Positions 13,111 to 25,000 of a stretch of 64,000 nucleotides of DNA are shown in pieces. Both the position numbers and the translations under genes were made by a program. The notes beneath the pieces are model-generated. The model saw only the letters and a program-made list of their open reading frames with translations, had not been told where the DNA came from and ran no database searches. The stretch spans positions 682,001-746,000 of the forward strand of contig JBLDXI010000028.1 in the NCBI GenBank assembly GCA_047495785.1, written 5' to 3'. Every line of letters begins with the position of its first letter. The stretch's first letter is position 1. The stretch is from Lepidodermella squamata. Its lineage: Eukaryota > Animalia > Gastrotricha.

Positions 13111-13623
13111 TTTTTCTCAATGCCAACCAGCTCACAACTCCAAGTCACTATCAACGTTTATTTTCCACTATCAAGACATCGCTAGATCGATAATCGCTAC
13201 AAACCAGGTAAGTATCAGGTATCTTCTCGCGGGTTCCAGCGACTTTTCCCCGGCCCTGTTACAATTTTATATTATCTAAATTAGCGCGAAAAAATTAGTT
13301 GTAGTCAAGGCTTGACACCTGTTTTTCGAGCACGGAGATATGATATTGCTATTTAAGATATAGATATGAGAAAGCCGAACAGGTTGTTTCAGCTATTTTA
13401 TCATATCAATAATATAAATTATCATTTTTCAACGCGCGATCAAAGGTGCGCACTCAAGATTATATGGCTCAGTTATCGGCGGCCGGTCTCTCCAAGGTGT
13501 TCGCGATAAATTTTTTCCGCGGATTTCGATAAAAAAAAGCCACAGCGCTATCTTAACTTTTTAGTTAACTCCGCCGTAATCACTCAAGCGTGACTAAATG
13601 ATGACGCGTTTTTCAGTGCCGAA

Positions 13624-16600
13624 ATGGAGCCAGCCAGTGATGTGGCCGTTGAAGACCCCACGAAATCCGACGTAGTTCAGGGCGGCGACCCGGTCCCAGC
13701 GCCGGAACCCGTCGATGGCGCCAACGGTGATCAAGAGAAATTCTCGCCGATATCCGCTAATGGAAACGCAACAACCGGCGATGCGAATCAAGTAACTGGC
13801 GATGAAGTCGTCAATCAGCAGTCCTTCGACCAACAGCCTGTTGCGACTACAACGGCGGCCGTTGTTCAACCGAGCGTGACGGCTGTGCCTCGGCCCCAAC
13901 TAACCGCGTTTCAAGTTCCAGCTTTCTTCCCAGCTCAGGCAGCGTTCGGCGGGTTCGAGCAGCAAGATGTAGGCGAGACGGGTACGACGCCGAGTGGATA
14001 TGTCCTTCAACAGCCGCTGAACGTTCAGCAAATCACGGCGGCTGGACAGCAGCATTTGACGCCGCAATACGCCCAATTTCCAGCAGCAGCTGCGTCGCAG
14101 TTCACAGTGTTAGGATCTGGGCAAAGTGCTCACGTCCAGGCAGGCCAATTCCTGTGAGTTTTAATTTTTTTCTAAATTTTAAACACCTTGCAATAAATAA
14201 AAGAGTTATTAAAATTAACAGAAATTAGGGCAATTTTAATTGGGAAAAATTTTAGAAAAATATTCCAATTTTTTTATTTTAAATTTGTAAATAAATTTAA
14301 AATCTCAAATTTCACTGAATTTTCAAATAATTTTGAAGATTTTATTTTAATTTAATTCACTATTTTTCAATTTTTTCCAGGAGTCCTACAGCCTATTTTC
14401 CGAATTTCACGGCTCAATGGCCACAACAAGCGGTTTACCAGCAACCAATCGCCACTCAACCGGTATTTCGCTACGAGCAGCAGCCAACCCAACGAAGCCA
14501 CGTTCAACAACAGCAGCAACAGCAACAACAACAACAAACACAATCACAACAGCAACAACTTCAGCAGACGAAACAGCAACAGCCTACCCAACAAACAGCC
14601 AATTATTGGCTGCCAACTTACGCGACAACATGGGCCCAGCCGAGGATATATACAAATCAGCAGTTTGGCGATTCGATCGTCCAACAGCAACAGTACCAAA
14701 TGTTGGCGAATGCCGCGTATCAGCACCATGCGCAACAGCAGCGCGAACAACAAGCCCAGGCGTCGAGTTGTTCTTTCCCGAGTCAGAATGATTTTTTGAG
14801 GATTCAACTCGGCGAAGTGCCGGGATTGGGCGCCGCTGCGGGTGAGGCGACGGGCGCTGGGCAGCAGTTGACGGTAGTTCCGCACCCGCCGCCTGGTTCG
14901 GGTCGAGAATGCGTCAATTGCGGAGTTGCGAACACGCCGCTTTGGCGACGGGATTCGGCTGGAAATTGTGAGTAAAATATTTTATAATTATTCATAAATG
15001 GGAATTTTAGCTTTAAAATGATCAAAATTGCGGATAATTTAATATTAGGATAGGGCATGGGCTATTGAGTAAGGAATAGGGCAGGAGTTGGGATAAATGA
15101 TTATTTTTCGATTTTTTTCTAGATTTATGCAATGCTTGTGGCCTGTATAGCAAAGGCACAACAGCGCAGGCGACTACAACAACGCAAAAGCAGAACGATG
15201 CCATGCTACAAGGTCTAGGCTCGAATGGCGCGTCTTCATTAGCGAAACAGCAGCTATTGGGACAACAGTCGCATCTGCTTACCGAAGCTGGTCTTATGAC
15301 GACAGGGCAGCAGTACCCGGTTTCGGCGGGCTCGACGGGCCTTGAGGTGCAACAGGCCAACCAGCACCAAGGACCGACTACGAGGCATTCGAGTCGGTCA
15401 GGAGGTGGTGGCGGATCCTCATCGGCCTCCTCAAAATCGAAAAGAATTGTGAGTTATAAGATTTTAAAAAATTCAAAAAATCTTAAAAATTTTTCATTGA
15501 AATTAATTTATTTTTAATTTTTTTCACTATTTTAGTCTGGTCCGAGGCGAACTGATCTACTGTGTGCCAATTGTTCGACAAAGATAACGACATTGTGGCG
15601 GCGAAATAACGAGGGTGACCCGGTGTGTAATGCGTGTGGGTTGTACTACAAGCTACACCACGTCAACCGGCCGCCAACAATGCGGAAAGAGCAGATTCAA
15701 ACGCGTAAGAGGAAAAGCAAGCCGCGGGAAGATAACGACCACGGTGGATCGCAGCACGCTGATTCGGAACAGGTGCCAAGCAAAGCGAGTAAACACGGCC
15801 AAATGTACGCTGGACAATCGAAATCTTCAAGTGAGTGCTTAAAATAATAATAAAAATTAATAAAATTAAAAATAAATACAAAAAATTAAATAAAAAAGGT
15901 CCAGGGAATATTATATAAGGATTTGAAATTTTTGGTCCATTTCTATCTCAATATTTTCCATTAATTTTCCTATTTTACGAACATTTTCCCTCTAAATTAT
16001 GACCTTATTTTCCGAAATCCGACTTGTAAGAAATGGGATTTTTCTCAAATTTCTTTTTAGAAAATGTTCCCATTTTTTTCGTATTTACAACGATTTTTCG
16101 TGATTTATCTTAATTTTAATGATTTTTTTTTAGAAATGTCAAACGGCCCAGTGAAGCATTCGCAAGCTGTGCTACAACAATCAGCTTCAATGTTCGTTCA
16201 ACCGACATCGGACCACCACCAGGCCATGCATCACGCGGCCAATTTCCACCCAGCCATGACCGTATCTGCTTCGTTCCCTAGCAACGCCCAACAACAACAA
16301 CAACAACAACAATTACTTGCTCAAACAATGACACCTTATTCTACAACAACCGAGTTCACCCTGGCCGAGGTTAACTCAGGCGGAACGGCGGCTATGTTTG
16401 CCAACCCACCGTCTGGCGCCAGTGTTTTCCAGCAGCAGCCTAGCCAATTTTTCCACCATCAACAGGACTTGATCGGCGGGGCGAAATTGCCGGGTATTGA
16501 AAGTTTTGGCGCCACTACGGTTCCGAATACTGGCACTGAGGCGAATTGGCAAAATCAGGGCCAGCAATTTTTCCAGGCCCAAAATTCAGAACTAGTCAAA

Positions 16601-16987
16601 AGTGACGATAACGACCAACCGCCCTCGTCGGCTATCAATGAAATATCGATTTTCGGCCAATTACCGCCAATCGAACATGAACAATTCGTAAATATGGGCC
16701 AAAATGGGAATGGTAATAATAATACCGAAAAAACCGAAGATAACATATCAGTCGGCTCGCACCACTCCGCGCCGGGTTCAATCAAGCGGAACATGGAAAA
16801 AGATGAAGTTGCGTCGATAATCAGTGAGAGTAGCAATAATTCGGCCTCATCGGCTGGGTCATCGTCGGCGCACAGCCGCGTTTCGGCGAGGTCCGGCGCT
16901 GGTAGCAATAATGCGGCGGTGATTAAAATCGAAAATGGTGCTAATATCGATAACGCTAATAATGCCGAGGCTCAAGAAATTGCGTGA
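13624..16987 (+). CDS. GATA456: GATA zinc-finger transcription factor, GATA4/5/6 class; coding exons 13624-14153, 14381-14967, 15123-15448, 15536-15830, 16134-16987
   Basis: Two C4 fingers: [28 protein letters not shown] and [32 protein letters not shown], followed by IQTRKRK (456-type tail). All splice junctions are GT-AG and phase-compatible. Confidence 0.93.
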
Positions 16988-17589
16988 CCTATATATATTG
17001 AAATAATGATTATATAATAATAATTTTTATATTCGATCAATGTTGTGCGAAACGTGTGATTTTAATGACACCTTGAATATAATTTGATTACTTTTTTTCG
17101 AATCCTGAATATATTGTTGATTTCCAATCGAGTTCATGTATATGTATCCGAGATTTTTTGGTCTCTTGATTTTTTTTCTTGACGAGTATGTTTTTGTTTG
17201 ACTGATGGCAATGATATGTATATGAATTTTGAGAACAGCTCAAGTTATACAAATAAAAACGATGAATACGCTTATTAATTGTACCTAATTGTCTCAAATT
17301 GCGCTATAAATTGGATTATTTCCTCAAAACTTACATTTTGCCGCTCCGTAAGACAAAACGTGATAGCGAATCGATTTCATGTGGCTGGCTTATTTTTACC
17401 TGTAATTGATAAATGACGCCGCGGGCGATTAATGACGCTCATCCGTGTCCGATAATTAGCGGCTCCAGGCTATTGCGCGAAGCCCTAGATACTCTTTTTT
17501 GTTATTTTTCAGTTTTCAAGGTCACAACAGCGAACTATTTTATACTTGCAAGCTCGAAATTTAATATTTTTCCCTCCAATTTTTGAAGA

Positions 17590-20500
17590 ATGTATGGACT
17601 GCTGTTGCAGGCTGCCCTCGAATTTATTTCGACCAAATTTTCGCTCGAATTAGCTCGCGAAATTTTAGAAGCCGCCGAAGGCTCAGAAGGTGGAAATGCG
17701 GCTGAAAAGTCTGACGTTACAGGTAAAATTAAAACTTGAATTCAACCAATTTTTCGAATGCTATTTTCATTTTATTTTTATATAATTAAGGAGGAAGTGC
17801 TGGTACAGTTCGAACAGTTCGAGCCGGCTTCGCTGTTCATCAGCTGTACAGTGATAAATTGCTGTCACGCTTGGCTAAAGCTACGGCCGACCTCACCGGA
17901 ATGTCCCTAGATTCGGTCCTCGAGCAACTCGGCCAGTTTTTCGTGCGATTCTCCCGCCAGAGCGGCTACGACAGCTTGTTACGCTTGATTGGCCGCAATT
18001 TACGCGAATTTATCATGGGCCTTGATAATTTGCACGAATATTTCCGCGGAACTTACCCGAAAATCAAGCCGCCTTCATTTATTGTTTTACAAGAGGACGC
18101 TGATGGTTAGAGAAATAATGTTAGGATTTAAAAATTTAATTTTTTTTAAATAATAGGAATGCTGATCTGCTACCGATCACCAAGAGGAGGCCTTCAGGGT
18201 TACGTTATCGGTCAAATGAAGGAAGTGGCTCGGGTCTATTTCAACATTCAAATGAATGTTACCATCATTTCGGTATCTGAGGATTCAAGAGGTCCGTGGA
18301 AAAGTTTTCCTAAAACTAAAAAATATTTAAAAATATGAAATTTCTGTATTAATAATTGAAAAAAAATCAAATTCTCAATTTCTCATCTTTTGTCTTGGAT
18401 TTTATTTTTTATTAGGTCGCTGGTCTGCGAATATGAAGCTAGAATTTGACAATTCGACGCAATTTTTGCTCGAGGGTCAGGATGCGTTGAGCACCCTGGA
18501 CGAAGTTAGCGGGCGCATTCTGAAAGCTGAAATGATCATGGATTCAATTCCTTTCTACATCGCCTTCAATAAGGACATGGAGATAGTATCGATTGGGCAC
18601 GGCCTTAAAGTTGCCATGCCAACTGTTGTCGGCGATGATTTCAACGAAACTTTTGAACTCATCCGACCTGCGGTTGCTTGCAATTGGGATATGGTAAGAA
18701 ATTTTAGATTTATCACGGAAAATTTGATAAATATTCTTGATTATAGATTATGGACTACCGAAATAACGTAGGTTGACTATTGGACCGTGGAATTTAATTT
18801 TTAACGCCTTGATATAAGGTTTTTGAGATACAATCGCTGAAGGCTATCGAGCGTCGAGATAATAAAATGCACGGATCGACGATCAAAGACGATGAGGGTA
18901 ATTTCCCTCAAATTTAAAAAATAAAGAAAAATCGATATTTTTATACAGATCGATTAATTCCGATCCGATTACGAGGTCAAATGATTTATTTCAAAGAATG
19001 GGACTGCATAATTTTCATGTCCATGCCTGTTATTGAGAGTAAGAATATTTTTGAAAAAATTCTGAATTTTCAAAATATTTCCCACAGGCATGAGAGAATT
19101 GATTCAGCTTGGACTGAAAGTTCACGAGCTTTCAATGGCAGACAGTAGCCGCGACCTTTTGACCTTGAAGGTAATTAAACTCATTTTTGTCTGGATTTCG
19201 ACATATTTTTCGTATATTTTAGCACCACAAAGAAATCGGAAAGGATCCTCTTCTCATTCAGGAAGCGAAAATCGGAGCGAAACTCGATTATTTAACGAAA
19301 GAAGCAACGGGGTAAGAGCGATTTTCCGAATGAATCATAGTTTTTCAGAATTATGATTATTTTCAGGTTTAAATCAAAGCGAACCACCTTATTGGAAGAG
19401 GCCGTTCCTCGATTCTTGCTGAAGCATGTCAGCAGTATGGGAAAAACACAGGTAAACATTCACTGAAGCCTAAAATTTGAATTTTCAATTTTCGATCATT
19501 CGTTGATCAAATCCGCCCTTTTCTATAAATGATATGATGAAATGAAATTATTGGAACTTTCAATTTGATCGCATTTTGATATCACGAAATTATTGAAACA
19601 GAGTGCAGATACCGTAGCTATTCTGGTTCTGAATTTCCACCAATTGGACAGCATGTTAGGTCCTGGAGTTACTCCACGAGGTAAACACGTACAATATCCT
19701 CTGAAATTTCGATAAACTTGACTGATTTTGCTAGAAATCATCGGCATGATCAATTCAATGTCATCGAAATTCGACGCAATCGTCCAGCGATACAATTACA
19801 CGCGCGTTTTCACGGTTTCTAACGACTACACGGTCGCATTTGGCATGCCGTTGTTAAGTCACCTTCCGGCTAATTTCGCCATTCTCGTCGCGACAGAACT
19901 GTTCGATGCTGTTGATGCGGCTGGGAAGGAAAGCCTGGCGAAGACTAAGACAAATTTGAAGCCAGATGTGAGAATTGGCATTGACATCGGCCCAGTTGTG
20001 GCCGCAGTAATTGGTGTCACCCTGCCGAGATATGTCGTTTTTGGCAAAACTGTTACCGTTGCGAATCGATTGAGCCTACTCGCATACGTAATTTTACCGA
20101 ATTTCCATTTTATTTTTCCCTTTATCCAATTTTTTAATATTATTTTCTAGCCTAGAGAAATCACGGTTACAGGTCGCGTTATTGATTCGATTGAAAGTAA
20201 CGAATTCAAGGACGCTTATGTGGTCAATTTTATGAAAGAAGTTGAGTTCCCGGTAGGTGTCCAAGATCGAGATTCCTCCCTTCAGAGTCTTCAATTTTTT
20301 TGTATTTAGGATGCTATGCACTTGGGCAAAACTTCGATGTACAAAGTTGAGATGATTGATCGCAAAAAATTGACGAGAACCGAGCGGCGCGTCAAAATGG
20401 CCGGGGCCGGCGGTGGAGGCAATAAAGGCCTGCTTGATGCCCTGGAAAGTGGGTCACGTGCTACTACTCCCATGACCGTGGTTAGTGGATGATATCAAAA

Positions 20501-20933
20501 ATTGGAAAAATTATTGAATTATTCAAGTTCAATTTGAATCAGGAAAATTGAATTTTAAATTGTTGACTTTAAAATTGTTTCTGAACATTTCGAAATTCTT
20601 TCTTTTACATTTTCTTTTACATTTCTTTTAAATTTTTAGGATGGCAACGATGGAACTAAAACCCCCTTATCGATGACTTCTGGCACGCGAACGTCATCAC
20701 AAGCGTCGCATTTTGCCGGAAACCGGGCTTCATCTGGAGCCGGCAGTGTCCCGAATGGAGGTTACGCCCCTAGCAGTGCAGCCGGTAGCATCAAGTTCAA
20801 AATTACCCAAGTTCAGGAGGAAGGAGAAGATGATGACGACGATGACGATGACGACGAAGATGACGAAGATATGGAACGAGCGGCAAGACGCGACCTTAAA
20901 AGCTGCCTTGCTGGGCCGTGCAATGTCTCTTAA
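17590..20933 (+). CDS. Atypical soluble guanylyl cyclase-like protein (H-NOX, PAS/HNOBA, coiled coil, degenerate cyclase), Gyc88E-like, multi-exon
   Basis: MYGLLL start, GLDNLHEY (proximal His), YRSPR heme-binding motif, LRGQMIY, VRIGIDIGPVVAAVIGVTLPRY; ends in CNVS. Confidence 0.88.
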
Positions 20934-21615
20934 ATTCGACCAGTTATCACAACAATAAAAACCATAACCTTTAATTTTGCTGTTCCACATGAATATGGAA
21001 CGACATCGTAAATGCACACGTTTATTGTTCATTTGATCTCACCTTGATCTGACTAGATTATTCTTAAATCTTTTATCGATCCTGTTTCCTTATAATTATT
21101 CCAACATTAACGGCACGTTGTATGCAATAAACCCTTTATATTGTTGTAGAGATTTGATCTCTCTTTGAACCAATATTTGATCAAAAATCAGACATCTATT
21201 CTCACCTTTGATATGATTTAATCCTAACTTTTGATGTCAAAGTTGTGAACAACATTTGATATTTTAAAAAAATCGTCCAAGAAGTGCCAGCAAATTTTCC
21301 AAAGTTGATCTCAGGTTGATCCCGTTTTGATCTCATTATAACAGATATGATCCATTTTTGACCCGATGTCTTGAGACCGTTATCTATTACTAGGGAAGGG
21401 CCAAAGGTGAGGATGTTCAATTTTCCTGTAATGCGACAATTTTCTAGGAATTCTCTATCTACGAAAGTCCAGCCCTGCTCCCCGTATTCATTTTTCGCTT
21501 ACAAGTTGAGTCATGCAGCTTGATAATTAGTTTATTCTTATCACTTTGGCGGTTAAAACCCAGTTGGGATATCACACTCCAAGCAGCATCCAGCATCGTT
21601 TTCGTCAAGTGTGAA

Positions 21616-24600
21616 ATGCTGAAGTCTGAATCTTACGTTAAAGTCAAGAAGGAGCCAATTGGTTCCGGATCCTTCGGCGATGTCTTTCTCACGAAGTCAA
21701 TGCATTTTGGTGACAAATTGTTCGCCATGAAAAGGGTTAGCATCTCCAAGATCTTAACGTTGAACACGTCGGATCCTGAACTGCCACGAAAACTATTACA
21801 TTTGGCTGAGAAAGAGGTATAGACCTCTCTGTCTTGCAGCAACTAATAACTCATTCTTTATAACAGGCGGAGAACATGCGGCATGTGGAGTGTCAGAATG
21901 TAGTAACGGTTTACGACTCTTTCACAGGTACTTCCTTATTCAAAGGCTCAACAAATCGAATGAAGGGTTGGTTAAATTTATGATCTTCCAGAGTTTACTG
22001 GGACTGAGCAGGGTTACTTCTATACCATTATGGAATATTGCGACGGGGGCTCATTGTGGCAAGTGATTCAGGAAGCTAGTTTTAAAAACGAGCACTTCCC
22101 AGAGCTCACAGTTCAGTCATGGACAAAGCAAATGGTGGAGGCTCTCAATTTTATCCATCAACGTAACATTGTTCATAGGGACATCAAACCTGGCGTAAGT
22201 TGATTCCTAGATTAAAAATGTGCAGCTAGAAATAGGATTTCCGCCCGCTGCAGAACATGCTGCTCTCTAAAAATCGAAGAATTTTGAAGCTAGGAGATTT
22301 CGGGATAGCAAAGCACAAAGACGAGTAAGTTCACTCGAAGATGTCATGAACAACAGTGAAGCAAAATGCTATAAATCCAGAGTGACAGGAACTGGAGTTG
22401 GGACGTTCATGTTCTTCGCGCCTGAGTTTCGTCAGGGAGAGCTCTACAGCCCTAAATGCGACATTTGGTCTCTGGGAGCCACCATCTATCAGTTGGTGAC
22501 ATTTGATACCAGGGTATGCTTATCTATAATAAGTGAGCGTGTTATCTAAACAGGATATCATCTCTTGTGCGCTCCTCAGTTTGACCAGCCCTTTCAAGTC
22601 ACGAACTTTGGTTACCATGCTGATTTGGACGAGCTGATAACGAAGATGATGGCGGCTGATCCTGATGACAGGATAACTATGGCACAGGCTGCTGCCCATC
22701 CATTTTTGAGTAAGAGAATTAGAGAATCAACCATTTAAAAAGACCAATATCGAAGCAATATCAAATGCATTTTACCAACGCATTATTGTAGGGATACTTG
22801 AAAAGTCAAACCCGAAACGCTAATTCGAGAATACGTAATGTGAAGGGAAGAGGAAGCGTGGAAGATAGGGGTGGGGGCCATGAGACGTAGCTATGTCTCA
22901 TGGTGGAGGAGGATGGGAATAGGGAATAAGGAAAAAGGGAGAAGAGAAGGAGAGGAAGGGGAATTGCTGGAAGAGGTGTTGGGGTGGACAATCGATAGAT
23001 AGGGGCGAATTTCTTGGTATTTTATCATAGTGCATAGAGCTCAGTGTTTAGGAATCATCTGTTAAAAAGATATTCCTGAAATCCACAATATACTTGCGTA
23101 TCTCTTTGAAGATTTGCCATACATCGTATTCATCGGCGCCGTTGGAAGCGGGAAAACCACTTTGGCTGAACGATTGACGGGATACACGCTTGCCACCAGC
23201 GATTTCGGCGAAAGCGTAACTCGTGAAACCACTGTGTACACCCTGCCGGCTTTTGATTTCGCGGACACTCCCGGTTACAAAGCAGTGGACAAGAAACTTG
23301 ACCACGCAATTCACATCGCTAAAGCTCTAAACTATCGCCCAGTGACTCGAATTTTCGTTGTTTGCAAATTCGACAATCGCCTCGATAACATGCTGCACGA
23401 CGTGGCCTGTGTTGTAGATCCGTTGTCTGCTGATCTCAAGGATAATATGACAATAATAATCTCTTTTTGGGATTATGCCGACAATTTAAGACAGTCTAAG
23501 GAGGAAATTTGTAAACAGGTTGAACAAAAGATGCGTAACCGTTTTAATGTCGATAGTTTTCTTTTCGTCTCCAAATCAATGAACAACATCGAGCAAACTC
23601 TAATCGAGTTCTTGAGCCAGCGCAGTCTCGCCGGGGCCAAAAAGATAGCAATTACGGTGGATGACCTTTCTGTGTATTTCGACCTGAAGGAAGGGGAGAA
23701 GGATGTCCTCAGATCAGCCAACTACACGACATCTGAAGCAAGAAATTTCGCCAATAGCGCCATCGAGCAGGCCGAGAAGATTGAGAAACCTTTTGAACGA
23801 CAGGACTTCCTCTTCTCTATTCTGCAAGCCATGAAGAGACATTTCACTCAACTCATCGAGCTCTTCGTAAAGGCTAGTAACCTGGACGTCAGTCTGGTAA
23901 TGATTGAATGGGTGAAACAATAATTATTGTTCCTATGTTTTTTCTTCCTAATACAGGTTGAGGACTACTTCTGGGTGAAATTTGTCAAGGATGATGTTAA
24001 TAGGGTTCTCGATGGATTTGTCATGCACTGCCAACAATTCCGTAACTATCTGGAAGGAAGCGTGGATAAGGAACGGCCATTTAGGAAATGCCCTCATTGC
24101 GGGTGCATTTGGACTAGAGTCGACGGCTGTGATGGCCCAACATTTTGTGGCGCTGTACCTTCAACTTCTGCCTTCGGTGATGCTAAAGAGTTGATTGATT
24201 GGAAGTGGACGAAAAATCTTCGAAATGGACGTTATCAGTTTACAAAACAATCCACAGAAATCAAAATTCGTCCACGCAGCCAGCTTGGAAAGATAGAGTT
24301 TCGGAGAAATCAGCTCGAAAGCATTAATCCAGAAAGCGTCAGACGGATCTTCGCATTTTTGACACATAACCCATTCGATCCTAATGAGGTGCAGTTCGAT
24401 ATTGACACCCCTACCCTATGGAATAAGATGATAAACCTTGCTATGGAGTCTGATATTTATGACTCGTGGTTACGTTTCATCAAAAATTTGGTGGCTACGA
24501 AGGCGGGTCTCATCGTTTTGCGATGCCCTCTTAATGACCGGACGGCATGTCTCCTTCACGAGATAATCGATAACCTGTTCAATGCGCCTCTGACAGGCGA

Positions 24601-25000
24601 CAGTTTTTTGGACCTTCTTCGACGCTCCGACGGACTAAGCCATCAGGATGTTAAATTTCAAGAAGCGTTGAGCGATTGGTACAATGGATTCGCGTTTCTA
24701 GTTTCAGATGCTGAGAGAAACTCCTCCCGTTTGTTTCATGAAGCGTGTGAAGCATTAACTGCTCTTAACGTCAACTTGGAACTTACTGAAAAAGGTTACG
24801 GCTGCGGGAAGGAGATCACGTGGAATGACATGCCTTGCGTCGATGTTCCGCAGAATGTTTTCGACATGGACGAATTTGAACTGCGGCGAATGATTTCATC
24901 CGTCGCCATTAGCAACCCGGTCGCGGATCAGCGCATTCGGCGGGAGTTACTCGAACGCTTCGATCGCACCTGTGTGAATCGGGAAAGCTTTGTAGCTTGA
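21616..25000 (+). CDS. NEK-like Ser/Thr kinase fused to an AIG1/GIMAP-like TRAFAC GTPase and a Cys-rich Rcat-like region (multi-exon)
   Basis: Kinase motifs GSGSFG, AMK, HRDIKPGN, DFG, APE and DIWSLG at 21616-22709. GTPase motifs GAVGSGKT, SVT and DTPG in exon 23070-23896. Last exon 23957-25000. The phase-1 donor at 22710 matches the acceptor at 23069, and the GTPase exon has no in-frame ATG upstream of the P-loop. Confidence 0.75.

Noticed and set aside
22840-22990. Purine-rich tract and its Pro/Leu-rich antisense ORF
   Set aside because: Low-complexity intronic sequence with no evidence of coding or structural function.
21616-25000. Roco/LRRK or DAPK identity for the kinase-GTPase
   Set aside because: G3 is DTPG rather than the Roc-type DFAG/DxGG, and no COR, LRR or ankyrin region is visible.
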